A stretch of 64,000 nucleotides of DNA from the human T2T-CHM13v2.0 reference genome, Homo sapiens. The notes below the pieces were generated by a model that saw only the letters and a program-made list of their open reading frames with translations, was not told where the DNA came from and ran no database searches. The position numbers and the translations under genes were made by a program. Below are positions 1-13,934 of the stretch, piece after piece; the stretch's first letter is position 1; each line of letters starts with the position of its first letter. The DNA is taken from assembly GCF_009914755.1 (NCBI RefSeq), contig NC_060935.1. One strand, written 5' to 3'.

Positions 1-246
1 TTATTGGGGCTGTTACCTTGACCATTCCACAGAGTTTTGTGGCTGGTGGATAAAGTAGGAGGGACCTTTGGCCTGGTAGAATCCCTTGGCGGGGCTATAC
101 TCTCCCAATAAAGTAGCATTAGTTATGCGAATGTGTTTTTGGAAACACATCATGGAAATAAAGGTTGGGAGATGGATTTCAGCCATGAGGAATATACTTA
201 CACATGTGAATAGTGAAAAACCTGAAACCACATTGTGAGTTTGTAC

Positions 247-2989
247 CTGAAGTAGCTCCACATCTGGTTTATGGCACATTTCCTTCAGCTCCTCATACAT
301 TCCTCTTAAAATCTCCCTCCTATGAGCCATTTTGGCTTTACTTAAATGAAGTTGATGAAAAATATCTTTCCCCTTCTTTTTCAGCATGTGCAAATTATGT
401 TTTTCTTCTTCATGGTGAAATGCAGCCATCTTCTCATACTCAGCTCTAATTGCTTCTAGCCTTAAATTCACGTAATCCTGCAGTGATAATGGGTTAGTCA
501 AAAGAGAAATGTATTTATTCATCTCCTATTAAATCTCACTGATTCTTTTTGTCTCTTGAATACCCAATAATTTAAACCTCAGTCTTTCTAGTTCCTAGAA
601 TCCACAAAATTTTGTTCCTTTCCTTTCTTTCTGTATAAAAATCAACATAGCTGTATCTGACCAATTACATTAAATTTATTCAAGATAATGTGTTTTCTAA
701 GGCAGTTGGAAATAAAAAAAAACACAATTTGAATTTCGCTATTCCAGCCAATATTTATGGAAAAGTAAGAACAGCTCATGCTTAAGAGTTGGAGTATAGA
801 GCTATAGTTACTAGAATGGAAATAATTATTTCTATTTCTGAGATACGCAAAAGTTGTTTAAACTCATTATATGTGAAATGACCTTAGGCTAGCATGTCCA
901 GCTAAATTCATTTCACCCAGCAAAACCTATCTTAATGAGGCTGCATTTATGATTTGGCCATCTTTGTCTCTCTGAATTCATTTCCTTCGTTTCTTTTTCT
1001 AAGTTATCCCATTCTGAAACATAGACTTCTTTGTGGTTCCTCCGGCCTCCAAATATACACAAACTCAAAATTACTGCATATGCTGTTCTCTCCAACTAGA
1101 ATTTTATGCACACACACACACACACACACTTATACATATATACACATTCATGTTCCACATATATATATATATATACATATACACATTCGTGTTCCCTCTC
1201 CTCTTCAAAATTTTGTTCAAATTGAATTTTTCAGTGAGTCTTTTTTCTGACCACCCTATTTAAAAATCAGACCTAATCTCCAGTTTCTGGCCTCTATTGT
1301 CCTTTTCTACTTCCCTGCTTGATTATTCTCCAACAAAGAACCTACCACACTCGGACACATCATGTATTGCACATATTTGCATGTTGACCATTTTTTCTGT
1401 CTCATTTGGATTGTACGATTTGTGAGGACAAAGATGCTTTCTTTCTGCTATACTAGCAAATTTTCTAATTTAATATTCAACATAGACTAGGTTCTTATGA
1501 AATACTTTTCAACACACTAATATTAGCTATAATACCCTCAAAGTATACATCCACAAATAGAAAATCATTTTTAATATTTCTCTGAAGTCCTTAGAGTTCT
1601 CCTTATATTTAGCTACTAGTTCCCATATTTTGAGCATGTTTACATGTCTCCCTCAAGACACAAATCAATTTTTCTCACCAATTTTCTCATCATATGTTAT
1701 GTATTATTCAGTATTAATTAGTTGAGATTCTTAATTTCATGGTTGCCCTAGATTTCCCCTGTCACTCTTTCTGCCTCAAATTTTCCATACAATTCCAAAT
1801 ACTACTTGTCCACCAGCATTCAGATTAATGCTGACCCAGGCTCAGAGGTTCACTTGAGCTTTCTATGACTGCCAAATGAATCTTGTGCCAAGCGTTTATC
1901 CAACCAGCACATATAGAATGCTGTGAGATGGCCCAGTTTCTTGTATCTGTTGGTGTATAGCTACAGGTTTGTATGAGAACAAACCAGCATGCTTTGGGTG
2001 ACTTCAGTAGTTTTCTTAGAAATCCTATCTAACAGTTGTACTATTCTATATAAGAAATGAGGTCGCTTTTTCTCAATGTTTTCTTTTCTTTTATTGACTC
2101 CCAGAAACATTAGAGTTTGATAACAAGTTCCTATTTTAAGAGTCACCCATTTGCCCACCATAATTTCCTGGATAAGGTAGAGTAGCACAGGACTAACCTT
2201 CCAGTGGCTGATTCTGGCGGTTTCCATGTTCAGGTTTCTCTGATTTTCACAAGCTTTTTCCCATAAAGACTGCATTTTCTTTAAAAGCTTCTCCTGCAAA
2301 AGAGCCATAAATTGAAGCACCAGTGAAAACAATGAAGTAACATGCAGACCGTTTCATAGGGAGGGGGCACAGAATGAGAGACAAATAAACCCATAGTAAA
2401 TGGCATTTCTTCTATTTCCCTTCTTCTTCATCAAATCTCAGAGGTTTGAAGCTAAGAAAGCCCAAAAGTGAGCTGCTTAAAGGGACTCAGATTTGGCTTT
2501 ACTCCATCTCCAAGAAAATAGACCCACAGGAATTTCATGTGTCCTTTATAGAAATAGATCTTCAGAGGCATCACTTACCCGGTGTTCCTCAGCAGCCCAC
2601 TCAACGGGACGGTGTCTGTGATACCGGTGCTCCTGAGAGCTGGAGCACAGCAGACAGAGCAGACTCTTGTCCACTTCACAGAACATCTTCTTTGTCTCCC
2701 TGTGAGTGCCACACATCTGCTCCTCAGAGCTCAGGAATAGCCAGAGACTGACTTTTCTGGCAAGGGAAGCCATCTTCTTCAAATGAATGTTAGTTTTGAG
2801 GTTTCTCTGCCATGTTGTCTTCATGCATTCAAAGCACCGAGTAAAAATTGGGATGTCTTGCCAGTTGAAGTAGAAACAGGGCCTGCAAAAGCTGTGCCCA
2901 CAGTCTACGGTGACCGGGTCTATGAAGTATTTCATGCAGATGGGGCAGGTGAGTTCCATCTGGAATTCTTGCAAGATTCCAGAATTCAT
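247..2989 (-). CDS. TRIM49/TRIM48/TRIM53-family RING-B-box-coiled-coil gene, 5' part only; possibly a TRIM53-type copy annotated as a pseudogene
   Basis: Coding exons 2989-2579 (411 nt, ATG to RING C3HC4 and B-box2), 2293-2198 (96 nt) and 477-247 (231 nt). All have AG/GT sites and no stops. Sizes are identical to the plus-strand paralogue. The remaining exons (23, 98 nt and SPRY) lie beyond the left edge, so functional status cannot be decided here. Confidence 0.85.
1108..1185. repeat. (CA)n/(TA)n microsatellite
   Basis: Direct reading. The paralogue at 44546-44662 is longer. Confidence 0.9.
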
Positions 2990-3442
2990 GTTTCTGAGGA
3001 AGAAAGAGCAACATGTCATTTTGGGGTCTGGGTTGATGAAAAGTTTCTGAACATGTGGAGATACCTGATAGCCCTATTTTCTTCTCTTGACAGTATTCAT
3101 TAAGGCACAGCACTCTATTTATTCTGTAACAAAAATAAAAATCTCACACAGAGAGAGTCTCTCGGCTTTATAGTAGATGTTACTGACTAGATGACTCACA
3201 ACCCTTTATACTCTTATTTCCTGTATGTAACATAATACCAGTCTATTCAATTTCCCGTTTTCTGAATGTTGATCTGGAAATTGGGTTTGATTCTACGTGA
3301 CCTAGAATAAATTGTAGTTGTTCCTATTCTTCTTTCACGTAACTGCTGAGTAGGAAAGACTGGGAAAAACTACCTTGGCCAAGGAAATATGAGAAGATGG
3401 CTAGAGGGTTCTACGACATATTTTTAGAGACACAACAGTGGG

Positions 3443-3535
3443 GCAGCAAACCACTATGGCACATGTTTACCTATGTAACAAGCTTGCATGTCCTGCACAT
3501 TTATCTTAGGACTTAAAATAATATAAAATTAAAGT
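3443..3535 (+). mobile_element. Short L1 3' tip (paralogue ~42190-42272, minus)
   Basis: GCAGCAAACCACTATGGCACATGTTTACCTATGTAACAA...ACTTAAAATAA matches an older L1P 3' end, followed by an A-rich tail. Confidence 0.7.
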
Positions 3536-4147
3536 AAAATAAAAACCAAACCAAAACAAAATAGAAAAACCAATCAACCAACCAAATAAACAAAAAACCA
3601 GCAATTAAATCAATTTTGGTTTAATAGAAGAGAAAAACATAATTAAAGATATTGGGCCTTTTTATTTTCTCGTGGATTAAATTAACTTCTCCTAGGGATA
3701 CCCAAACTCTGAACTAACATATAGTAGGATTTTTGTTAAACTCAGAGAGGTGTGATTACATCTCTATGGTGTGATGGTGAATTTTAGATATCAGTCTGAC
3801 TGGATTAACCAATACCTAGGGAACTGGTGCAGCATTGTTTCTGGGTGAGTCTGTGAAGGTGTTTCCAGAGGAGACAGACATGTGAGTTGGTGAGCTGAGT
3901 GGGACCATCATCCCTCAGTGTGAGTGGGCACCATTCAATCAGCTGGTAGCTCAGATAAAAGGAAAAAGCCAGAGGAAAGGCAATTTCCTCTTTCTTTCTC
4001 CTGAAGCTGGTTCTGAGGCTTTCAGCCTTGAGCTCAGTCCAGATACCGGTATCCTCAGGACATCAGCTTACAGGCAGCCTATATTAGAACTGCTCAGACT
4101 CCATAATCAAGCAAAGGAATTTTCCTGATGAATTCCCTCTCAGGTAG

Positions 4148-4792
<645 letters not shown>

Positions 4793-5577
4793 TATCTCTA
4801 CATATATACATACACATCCTATCATTCTGTCTGTCTGGAGAGCCCTGAGTAATATATAAACTATGGTCTTTGTTGGCAATTTTAAGTCCTTTACTTTACT
4901 CTCTTGTACTTGATAACATTGCTGAATTTTAGTGAAAGAAATGAAAAATCTTAGAATTGTAAATAGTCTCCAGAGGTCATCTAATTCATTTTAAGGAATT
5001 TTTCATAGTTTAATAAGATTAAGACTCAAGTGAGATGGCAACCACCATCACGTATCAAATTATATCTTATACATTTATTTGGTCAGAAAATTGTGTTTTG
5101 ATTTCCAAACTAGGAAGTTTTGGGGAGCTTTCTCATTTTTTTCAGTTTCACTATTTTGCATCTCTCATCATTACCTTACTAATTTAAAGTTATGACTAAA
5201 AGCTGAATGAATGAATTAACATTCATTAATGTCTTCTCAATTCAATTGTTTAATATTAATGCACTCATTACACATATATTTACACACACTTATGTGTACA
5301 TATATGTATTAATATCAACTCCATATATTCATTATGCATACGTATCTGTTGCAGCAAACACTAGATATTTCAATTTTTTTGAAACAATATTGAAGAATGA
5401 TAGAAAACACAAAATAACAACAATTAGTACCCTAATAATTCATAAAATCTATAGCAAGAATATGAATTACAATGGTATCATTGTGTAGATTTAAGATAAT
5501 GAGTTATTTTTAACACTCTAATTTATTATTTTGTAAAGGAAAGAAGATATAATTTTATCAATATAAGTTTCACTCAC

Positions 5578-5881
5578 CACTGGTTTCTTTGAATGGTTCC
5601 CACAATGATTCTTCGAGAAATAATTCTGTTAAGTACTCCTCAAGGTCAGGAGCTCATTCACCGCAGTACTGACTTTTAGAGGTCACCAAAATACAGCTCC
5701 CTCTAAGTGCGCTCCTTCTCCTTTGGATAAAACTGAGCTTGTCTCTTCTATGTCCTTTTATAAGAATCTGTGAAGACCACACCCACCTCTTTAAGTGGGT
5801 GGAGTATTGAGAAAGGTAGAGAATAAGATGATTAGGTTTATGCAGTATTTAGAACACACCTTTGCACCGCTGATTAAATTA
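5578..5881 (-). promoter_or_regulatory. Promoter and non-coding exon 1 of the minus-strand TRIM gene
   Basis: On the minus strand: TAATTTAATCA (5871-5881) and AAACCTAATCA (5829-5839) DUX4-type motifs, GGGTGTGG (5777-5784), TATAAAA (5756-5762), Inr TCAGTT with A at 5734 (28 nt from TATA), and donor GTGAG after 5578. Confidence 0.75.
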
Positions 5882-6031
5882 TCATCACTCCTTCATTCCA
5901 AAAAACCGTGACTGAAGTGAATAATATGTAACATAAATCCTATGAGATTAGACATACACTAGAAATTAACTAAGATGCATTTTATACTGTTTATTGAGTT
6001 TCATCCAAGATGCAGGCATTCCTCTAAGGGC

Positions 6032-6320
6032 ACATTTATTTATTCTAGAGAAACTGTCTCCTTGTGGAGTGCAGTGGTACATTCACAGCTCACTGCAGCC
6101 TTGAATTCCAAGGCTCAAGGGATCCTCTTGCTTCAGCCTCCCAAGTAGCTAGGACTACAGGCTCACACCATCCCACCTGGCTAATGTTTTTTAAAACTTT
6201 TCATAGAGTCAGGGTATGGCTCTGTAGCCCAGGCTGTTCTCCAACTCCTGTTTTCAAATGATCCTCTGGTCTTGGACTTCCAAAGTGCTTGGGAGTACAG
6301 GCATAAACCACCTCTTCCAG
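6032..6320 (-). mobile_element. AluJ (paralogue ~39392-39675, plus)
   Basis: Diverged Alu with the J-type GCTCACTGCAGCCTTGAA motif. Confidence 0.85.
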
Positions 6321-6857
6321 TCCTAAATGCTGCTTTAGTACATTTATAGGCTATTCCCAGAGAAGTCCAACAGGAAGATAAAACTTTTTTTTATTTTCTA
6401 CCACTCTAAGAGAAATCACTGATTAACCAAATAACCCCACTAATTTGAGGTCTCTTATTGAATTTACAAAACTTTGCCAATCTCATGGGTGAAATATAAG
6501 TTATTGTTTTAAGGCTTTTCTCCACATAGTGCATGATGTTCTATGATGACTAGAAATGCAATGTAATAATTTGAGGATTATAAACAAGTTTTAGGACATA
6601 GGCTAATTCACAAATACAGAATCCAAATGATAGGGATGGATTATATTTTTCTTTCTTTAACAAATATTTTTGCTGTCATGTGACAATTAAAAAAAGAAGA
6701 GATTTCAGAAGCAGCTACTCAAACGTTTTCTGACAGAGGAATTCTTTGCCAATAGCCCCCACAAGACTTATAGTCAAGAGTGCTTATGTATTTTCTCAGC
6801 TTATTTTATGTTTAACCACATACAAATCATGGAGAAAATGTATCTATGGTTATGTGC

Positions 6858-6880
6858 AATAGTCCTCCTTATCCATAGTT

Positions 6881-6942
<62 letters not shown>

Positions 6943-7780
6943 TTAACGTTCTAGGGTGCATGTGCAATGAGAACACACTTTTTCTTTTTGAGGTTTGAGT
7001 TACCAGGGATCAAAATTTCGCCAAAAAATATTAAGTTAAAAAATCTACAAACAAACAGTTTTTAAGTTCCCTGCTGCTCTGAATATTATGATGAAATCTT
7101 TTTCAGTCCTACTTTGTCCACCCTAGGACATGATTTATACCAGCACAATCATCAGTAACCTCTCAGATATCAATTTATTCAACTGCCATGGTATGGCAGT
7201 GCTTGTGTTGAGGTAATTCATTTCTTACTCAATAATGCCCCCAAATCACACAAGTAGTGATGCTGGTCATTCAAATATGCTAAAGAGAAGCCATAATAAA
7301 GTGCTTCTTTTAAATGAAAAGGTAAAAGTTTTCTACTCAAAAAGAAATGAAAAAAAAATATGCTGAGGTTGTGGGTTGAATCTTTTACTCATAAAATTGT
7401 GAAGGAAGAAAAACAAATCCAAACAAGTTTTGCACTGCGTTTCAAACAGCAGAAGTTACACCCACAGTGTATAATAAGGGCTTATTTAAGATTAAAGAAA
7501 TGGTCGTTAAATGTGTGTGTAGAAAGCATGAGCAAGAAACGTGTTCCAATTGACGGCAACATGTTTCCTCAGAAAGCATTGAACCTCTATGAAGATTTTA
7601 GCAAAAGATCCCCCAAAACAAGTGACACTAAGCCATTTACTGCAAGTAAGGACAGTAACACAGATTCAGGAAAACAGAAGGTCAATAGTAGCCTAAAGCT
7701 CATGTCAGTGCCTACATCATTCACCTCATTTCAATTCATCATGTAGATAACGTATCATCTCACATCATCATCAGCTGTGT
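6858..7780 (+). mobile_element. MER44/Tigger7 DNA transposon remnant with transposase fragment
   Basis: The start TAGTCCTCCTTATCC...GGTTTGAGTTACC resembles MER44. ORF 7360-7746 (..SKKRVPIDGNMFPQKALNLYEDF..FTASK) resembles a Tigger/CENP-B HTH segment. Confidence 0.7.
6885..6933. repeat. Pure (AT)n microsatellite, ~24 units
   Basis: Direct reading. Confidence 0.97.
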
Positions 7781-8512
7781 ATTCCATAATCATTTACATT
7801 CAACATGTTGTGTTTTATCTCTTCATTTATTCCATATCTCAAAACCTGAGGAACAAGGTCATCTTTCCGGGATTTAAGTTACAGTATAGGAGATCACCTT
7901 AAATAATTATTTATTCTTGTCTATAAGAAAATATTTCCATAATCATGTTTTCCTTGATTTACAAATCTTTCATGATTTTTTTTGACTATTGCCTTATTTT
8001 TATTTTCTACATTCTCACCTGGATTTCTACAATAGGTATCTAAATGTCTTTCTGCCTTCAGAATAGCGTCTTTCCAACAAGCACTCTAACATTCTCAGTC
8101 CCATGCAGAGACCATGAGGTCACATTCCTTCGATCCAATTTTACCCAATTTCTGGCAATTCCTCCAATGCACTTCATGTTCTATCCTCTCTCATCAATTG
8201 CACCTGTGAGTCTCTGCCTGAACAGCTCTCCCCGTCTGGGGTCAATAGAGTGTCTTTTAAGTATAACCCATGGAATATCTGCCTTGGGGCCCATAATTGA
8301 CCTAGCAGCACTTCCTTTGGGCTTCCCTAGTCCCTGTGTATTAACAATTTATTTTCTTGGCTAGTTATAGAAAAGTTTACTTGAACCATTCCTATGATAC
8401 TTGAATTGGATCCTCATTGTAGTTTATGAGTGGCGAAGAAGGGTCTGAGTATTCCAGCAAATAAGTATGTAAGGAACAAATTATGAGAAAATATTTAGGA
8501 ATAGGGAAAAAG

Positions 8513-9187
<675 letters not shown>

Positions 9188-9451
9188 TTATGTGAGGTTT
9201 TTGAACAAATTAAGTTCCAGGATGATATCCACCACCGAGACAGGAAATCAGTCTAAAGAATTATAATCTCAAAGTCCAGAATGATGAAAAAAAATGTTTT
9301 TCTTAGAGCTTCCTTGTAAGTGTCTTTCATTTTTCTTGAGATATAAGTAGTAGAGAACAATCTCTGCCTGATACATCTGGCCTAGTCATATGTAAATTTA
9401 TTCATTGTAGAAGAAAGAATTATACTTTTAAAATAAGATAGCTACTTAAAG

Positions 9452-9700
9452 CTTTTTGTTGTTTTTGAGGCAAAGTCTCACTCCGTCACCCAAGCTGAAG
9501 AGCAGCATTGCAATTGTAGCCCATTGCAGTCTCAAACTCCTGGAATAAAGTGATTCTTCCACCTTAACCTCCAAAGTAGCTAGGACAACAGGGTACCTCA
9601 CCAGGCATGGCTAATTTTCTTTTTATTTTTTGTAGAGATGATGTTTTACTATGTCTCCCAGGCTGGTCTTGAACTCCTGGCATAAAGGGATTCTTTACAC
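9452..9700 (-). mobile_element. AluJ (diverged)
   Basis: Antisense Alu motifs. Confidence 0.8.
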
Positions 9701-10842
9701 CTCTTGTTTATGTTAGCATACAACGTGAACTGCAATTCTGAATTTACTTTTATACCAGGTACTAACATAGCTTATACAATACTATAGTTGAATAATCTTT
9801 CCCCATCAATTTTTGCTGTATTCTTTGTTACTAATACTTGCTTATATATCACTGAACCTATTTCTGGGTCATCTACTCTTATCTTTCTATGTATCCTTAC
9901 ATCAGCTGCCAGGATTTGATATTTATATAATGATATTCTATTTAATACACAGATGTTTACCCTCAAAATTCTACTTTAAAGAAATTACCTTAGTATTCTC
10001 ACCAAGTATTTTTTCCTTCCATCTTAAAATGTTGTTCAAATTGTGTTCTACTTTTTTGATTTTACACAGAATTAATCATAAATTAATCATAAATGTTTAA
10101 CATTTTCAAAATTAATGGCCTCATAATATTGTTATTCTGGATAAATAGAATTTTGCCAGATGAAAGTGGAAATAAGGAACTCTATGTAAAGGTAATGACA
10201 AAAAAAAGGTAGAAAGAAATCAGACTTTGAAAATTCAATTGTTTGGCTGAATATGATACATAGATACTAAAAACAACATGAAATAAAACTAGAAAAAGCC
10301 AGGGTCACAGAGTGGAGGGCTTTCAGTGTTAAGCAGAGTATGTTGTAATTAATCAATTGGTAGTAGGGATGCACTGACATTTCTGAGCAGCACAAATCCC
10401 ACTTATTATGTCAAAAATAGGTCTTTTGAGATAGGGCAGCCCTGCATAGGATGCACTAGAATGGAGAGGCACATGCCAGAGTTCAGAGACTGATCACAGC
10501 AAGAACTTCCCAAGTCTCTTTCAGCAACACTGAAGTTAGTTAGCATTTCTTTTTAATTATACCTATTATAGGTATATGAAGAAAACATTTTTCAGATAAT
10601 TTGAACGTAAATTTTGTCCTTAATAATATAAATTATTTGTACTGTTTAAATAAATAATCCCAGATCACTGAGATATTTATTCTCCCTTCCTTGCTTGTGA
10701 GGATACATCCAATGCTGAAAAGATGCTTTTTTTATTAGAGTACTAAAAATATTTGTTAACTATATGATATTCAGAAAAAGCATAAAGACAAGATGATGAG
10801 GGCACAGAATTATCAGAATTACTTTTCACCATTCTCTCTATT

Positions 10843-11207
10843 ACAAGTTGAGCATTCCTCATCTAAAAATCCAAAACGTGTATTAAAACATCTCATGCAC
10901 TCCACAAATATAAACAACTACTATGTGCCCACAAAAAAAAAATTAAGAAATTTTTTTAAAAAGGGTCAAAATCCAAAAGTTTTTGAGCAGCAACATGACA
11001 TTGAAAGAAAATGTTAATTAGAGCATTAATTTTAGCAAATAATTCTAGCATGTCCTAAAATACGGGATATTTTAGGATATGTATTAGGATATGTATTAGG
11101 GATGTTAAACCAATAAGTATACTGCAAATATTCCAAAATTTGAAAAAATCAAAAATCCAAAACTTTTCCAGTCTTAAGCATTTTAGATAAGTGATAATCA
11201 ACCTTAT
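10843..11207 (+). mobile_element. Tigger4/MER46-like DNA transposon with a short L1M 3' tip inserted at ~10885-10945
   Basis: TIR-like ends CAAGTTGAGCATTCCTCATCTAAAAATCCAAAA...GATAATCAACCT. Confidence 0.65.
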
Positions 11208-11456
11208 AATCTGTTGAATTGTATCGTATGTATAGATTACATATTCTAAAGAGACATCATGTTTTGATGTCTTGCAGATTTAATTTTGAGACACACAGTA
11301 GTATTTTATTTATGAACCCAAGTAATGCTTTTCCTTTATCAGCTTTTAGAGCATTTTGAAAGTTAATCTTTAACATAATGGTTGAAAGACAATACTCTTT
11401 TATTTTCAAAACAATCCCACATTGAATTCAGTGGGGAATTGTATTTGATTCTTTAC

Positions 11457-11549
11457 CTAGACATGCCAGTGAACTCCGGGAAAGGACTTTTTTTTAGTTA
11501 AGTTTTCATAAGGAGATTTACCTTCAAAGCTTTCACTGGGGCTTTGAAG
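11457..11549 (-). pseudogene. Isolated FOLH1 (PSMA/GCPII)-like coding exon relic, equivalent to the 92-nt exon 14
   Basis: Minus strand tgtgtag|CTTCAAAGCCCCAGTGAAAGCTTTGAAGGTAAATCTCCTTATGAAAAC...GAGTTCACTGGCATGTCTAG|gtaaag. It translates LQSPSESFEGKSPYENLTKK(+1 A)SPFPEFTGMSR versus remembered FOLH1 [31 protein letters not shown]. Length is 93 nt (92+1), with matching exon boundaries. Confidence 0.85.
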
Positions 11550-12625
11550 CTACACAATTTAAAAGAGAAAAGAGAATACATAGAAATCAGATATATTAAA
11601 TGTTCATTAAACAGAAGTAAATAACTAAACCATAATTCGGCAAAAACAAGGGATGATATCTGCACATTAGTAACTATTAAGAATTATAATAATGAGTTTC
11701 TGACAATATGGAAAAATACTGATGTTATTATGTATAGGTGCAACTATATTATTAAAATAAATGCATAACCACATAGAATAAAAAGTCTGCAACTAAATAG
11801 TACCAAGACATTGTCTTTAGATGAATGGTTATATCATATTATTTTTTGGTCCATTTTGCTAAATTGAAAGTGACAGCTCTCAAAAATAATTACCTTTCTC
11901 TTACAAAAAAAGAAAATAAAAAGTAGCAAACTAGTTAAGGTAAAGAAGAAGAGAGAAGAAAGAGAAGGAGCCTGAGCTTCTAGGATGCCTCGCTTTGTAC
12001 ATAGGTAATCTGGATGATTCCACCAAAACATATCTTTTTGTTTGCTGGACTTCATTGAAATCTGGGAGTTTTCCAGAATTAATCCATTCAGAGATAAGAC
12101 AGGTTTAATTCTGGGGCCAGAAGGCAGAGACTAAAAACAAACAGTCTCTGTAATATCCAAGTGATCATATACCTGGATGCATAAGCGTAGTGGAGGGAGA
12201 GGGATAAATAATCTTTTGGAATCCTCAAGTCGCAGAAATCTCCTAATTATTCAACACCAGTAGATAGAGCCATCCAAAAGCAGGAGAAGAAGCCAAGTAA
12301 AATCTGGAAGAAGGAATGTTAGAGAGTAGAAGTTGCAAGGACAAGCTTTTACTGCTCACTGGACAGAGCAAACTCTTAGCTTCAGAAAGAAGGAGTGAAG
12401 GTAGAAAGAGTGGCCCTTGCTCTGGGACCAACACAATAGAGCACTTCCTAATGGCCCTTCCAAAATTGCCCAATCTAACCCTGCTGGAGGAGAAGGCTTT
12501 CTGGCTCCTAGAGTTCCTCTTGGAATTCTAAATCCCAAATTCCCTGTCTGAACAAGGAGCTTCTTACCTTTTTCTTCCCATTTTTTCCAGAGCAGATGAG
12601 CCAATATTGCTCAATGCTGAGGTCT

Positions 12626-13157
12626 TGAAACCATCCTTTTAAACGCCATAAAATTAATCAGGGAAGAAGAGACTGGGAGAAATAAAAATAAACCAAGCTT
12701 GCAACATTTTCAGAATAAATTATTAGGTGAGCTAGATCTCTGAAGTGCTTTCTCCTAGTCATTTATTGCCTATTTCCTAGAATCAGGTAGACCCCAGTTT
12801 ATAGTTCTCTGCAACTGTTCTATACTGCATCCCAATTAAACTACAGACTCTGTGGTGCTGACAGTCCCCAGAAGCAACTGACTCACCAAATAATGCAGTG
12901 TCCACATCCTGATAATTTCATACCCCCTTGCAGCGACCAATCAAGCAGAATTTTCCAGACTTTCACCTTCCACAATCCCCTTAAAAATTCCAGCCCAGAA
13001 CTCCTTGGAAAGATGGATTTTAGGGTCTCCTCCAATGTTCTCACTCAGAACATTGTGATCATTAAAGTTATTATCTGCTGCAAATCTCCTGTCTTAGTGT
13101 GGTTGGCATGTTATGGCACAGTAAGCTGTTACTGTACAACCTGTTGGTCCTATAACA
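12626..13157 (+). mobile_element. ERV1-class solo LTR (MER39-like)
   Basis: TG...CA termini, near 4-bp TSD (GTCT/ATCT), and start TGAAACCATCC...ATAAAATTAATCAGGGAAGAAG. The subfamily name is uncertain. Confidence 0.6.
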
Positions 13158-13589
13158 ATCTGGCAATTCTAAACTCCAGCACAGCCTTCTATGTTATGAG
13201 GAAGTTATATACTATTTTTTGAAGAAAAAGGATGCAAAATATTTATTGACAGATTGTTAGCTAGAGTTATACATTTTAAACATTTGGACATTTGTATGTG
13301 GGTCTCTATTTATTTCCTTGTAGTGGTTTACAAGTATGAGAAGATGTCTGCAAAAAAGTTATTACCAAAAGTTTAACAGTCAAAAGGATGAGCTGTGTGG
13401 AAAGAATACTGGTAATTAAGTGAAACCATGTTTTGACATGCACATTTTTCCAGGCCGTTGACTCTTCCCAAGTCATCTACTTTGATTATTGCTTATTTCC
13501 TCATTTTAATATTTAGTTTACAAAATTTTGTAAATAGCATTCAAACAAAAAAGGCAAAATCATGGGAAAATAATAAAGAGTAATTTTAA

Positions 13590-13934
<345 letters not shown>

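Noticed and set aside
11522-11549. 9-bp hairpin CTTCAAAGC...GCTTTGAAG
   Set aside because: It lies within the FOLH1 exon relic and is short enough to be incidental.
12564-12625. Minus-strand segment ending AAG|GTAAG, loosely like the FOLH1 exon 10 end
   Set aside because: It needs gaps to align, its spacing to the exon-14 relic is too short, and the intervening exons were not found. Not supportable by eye.
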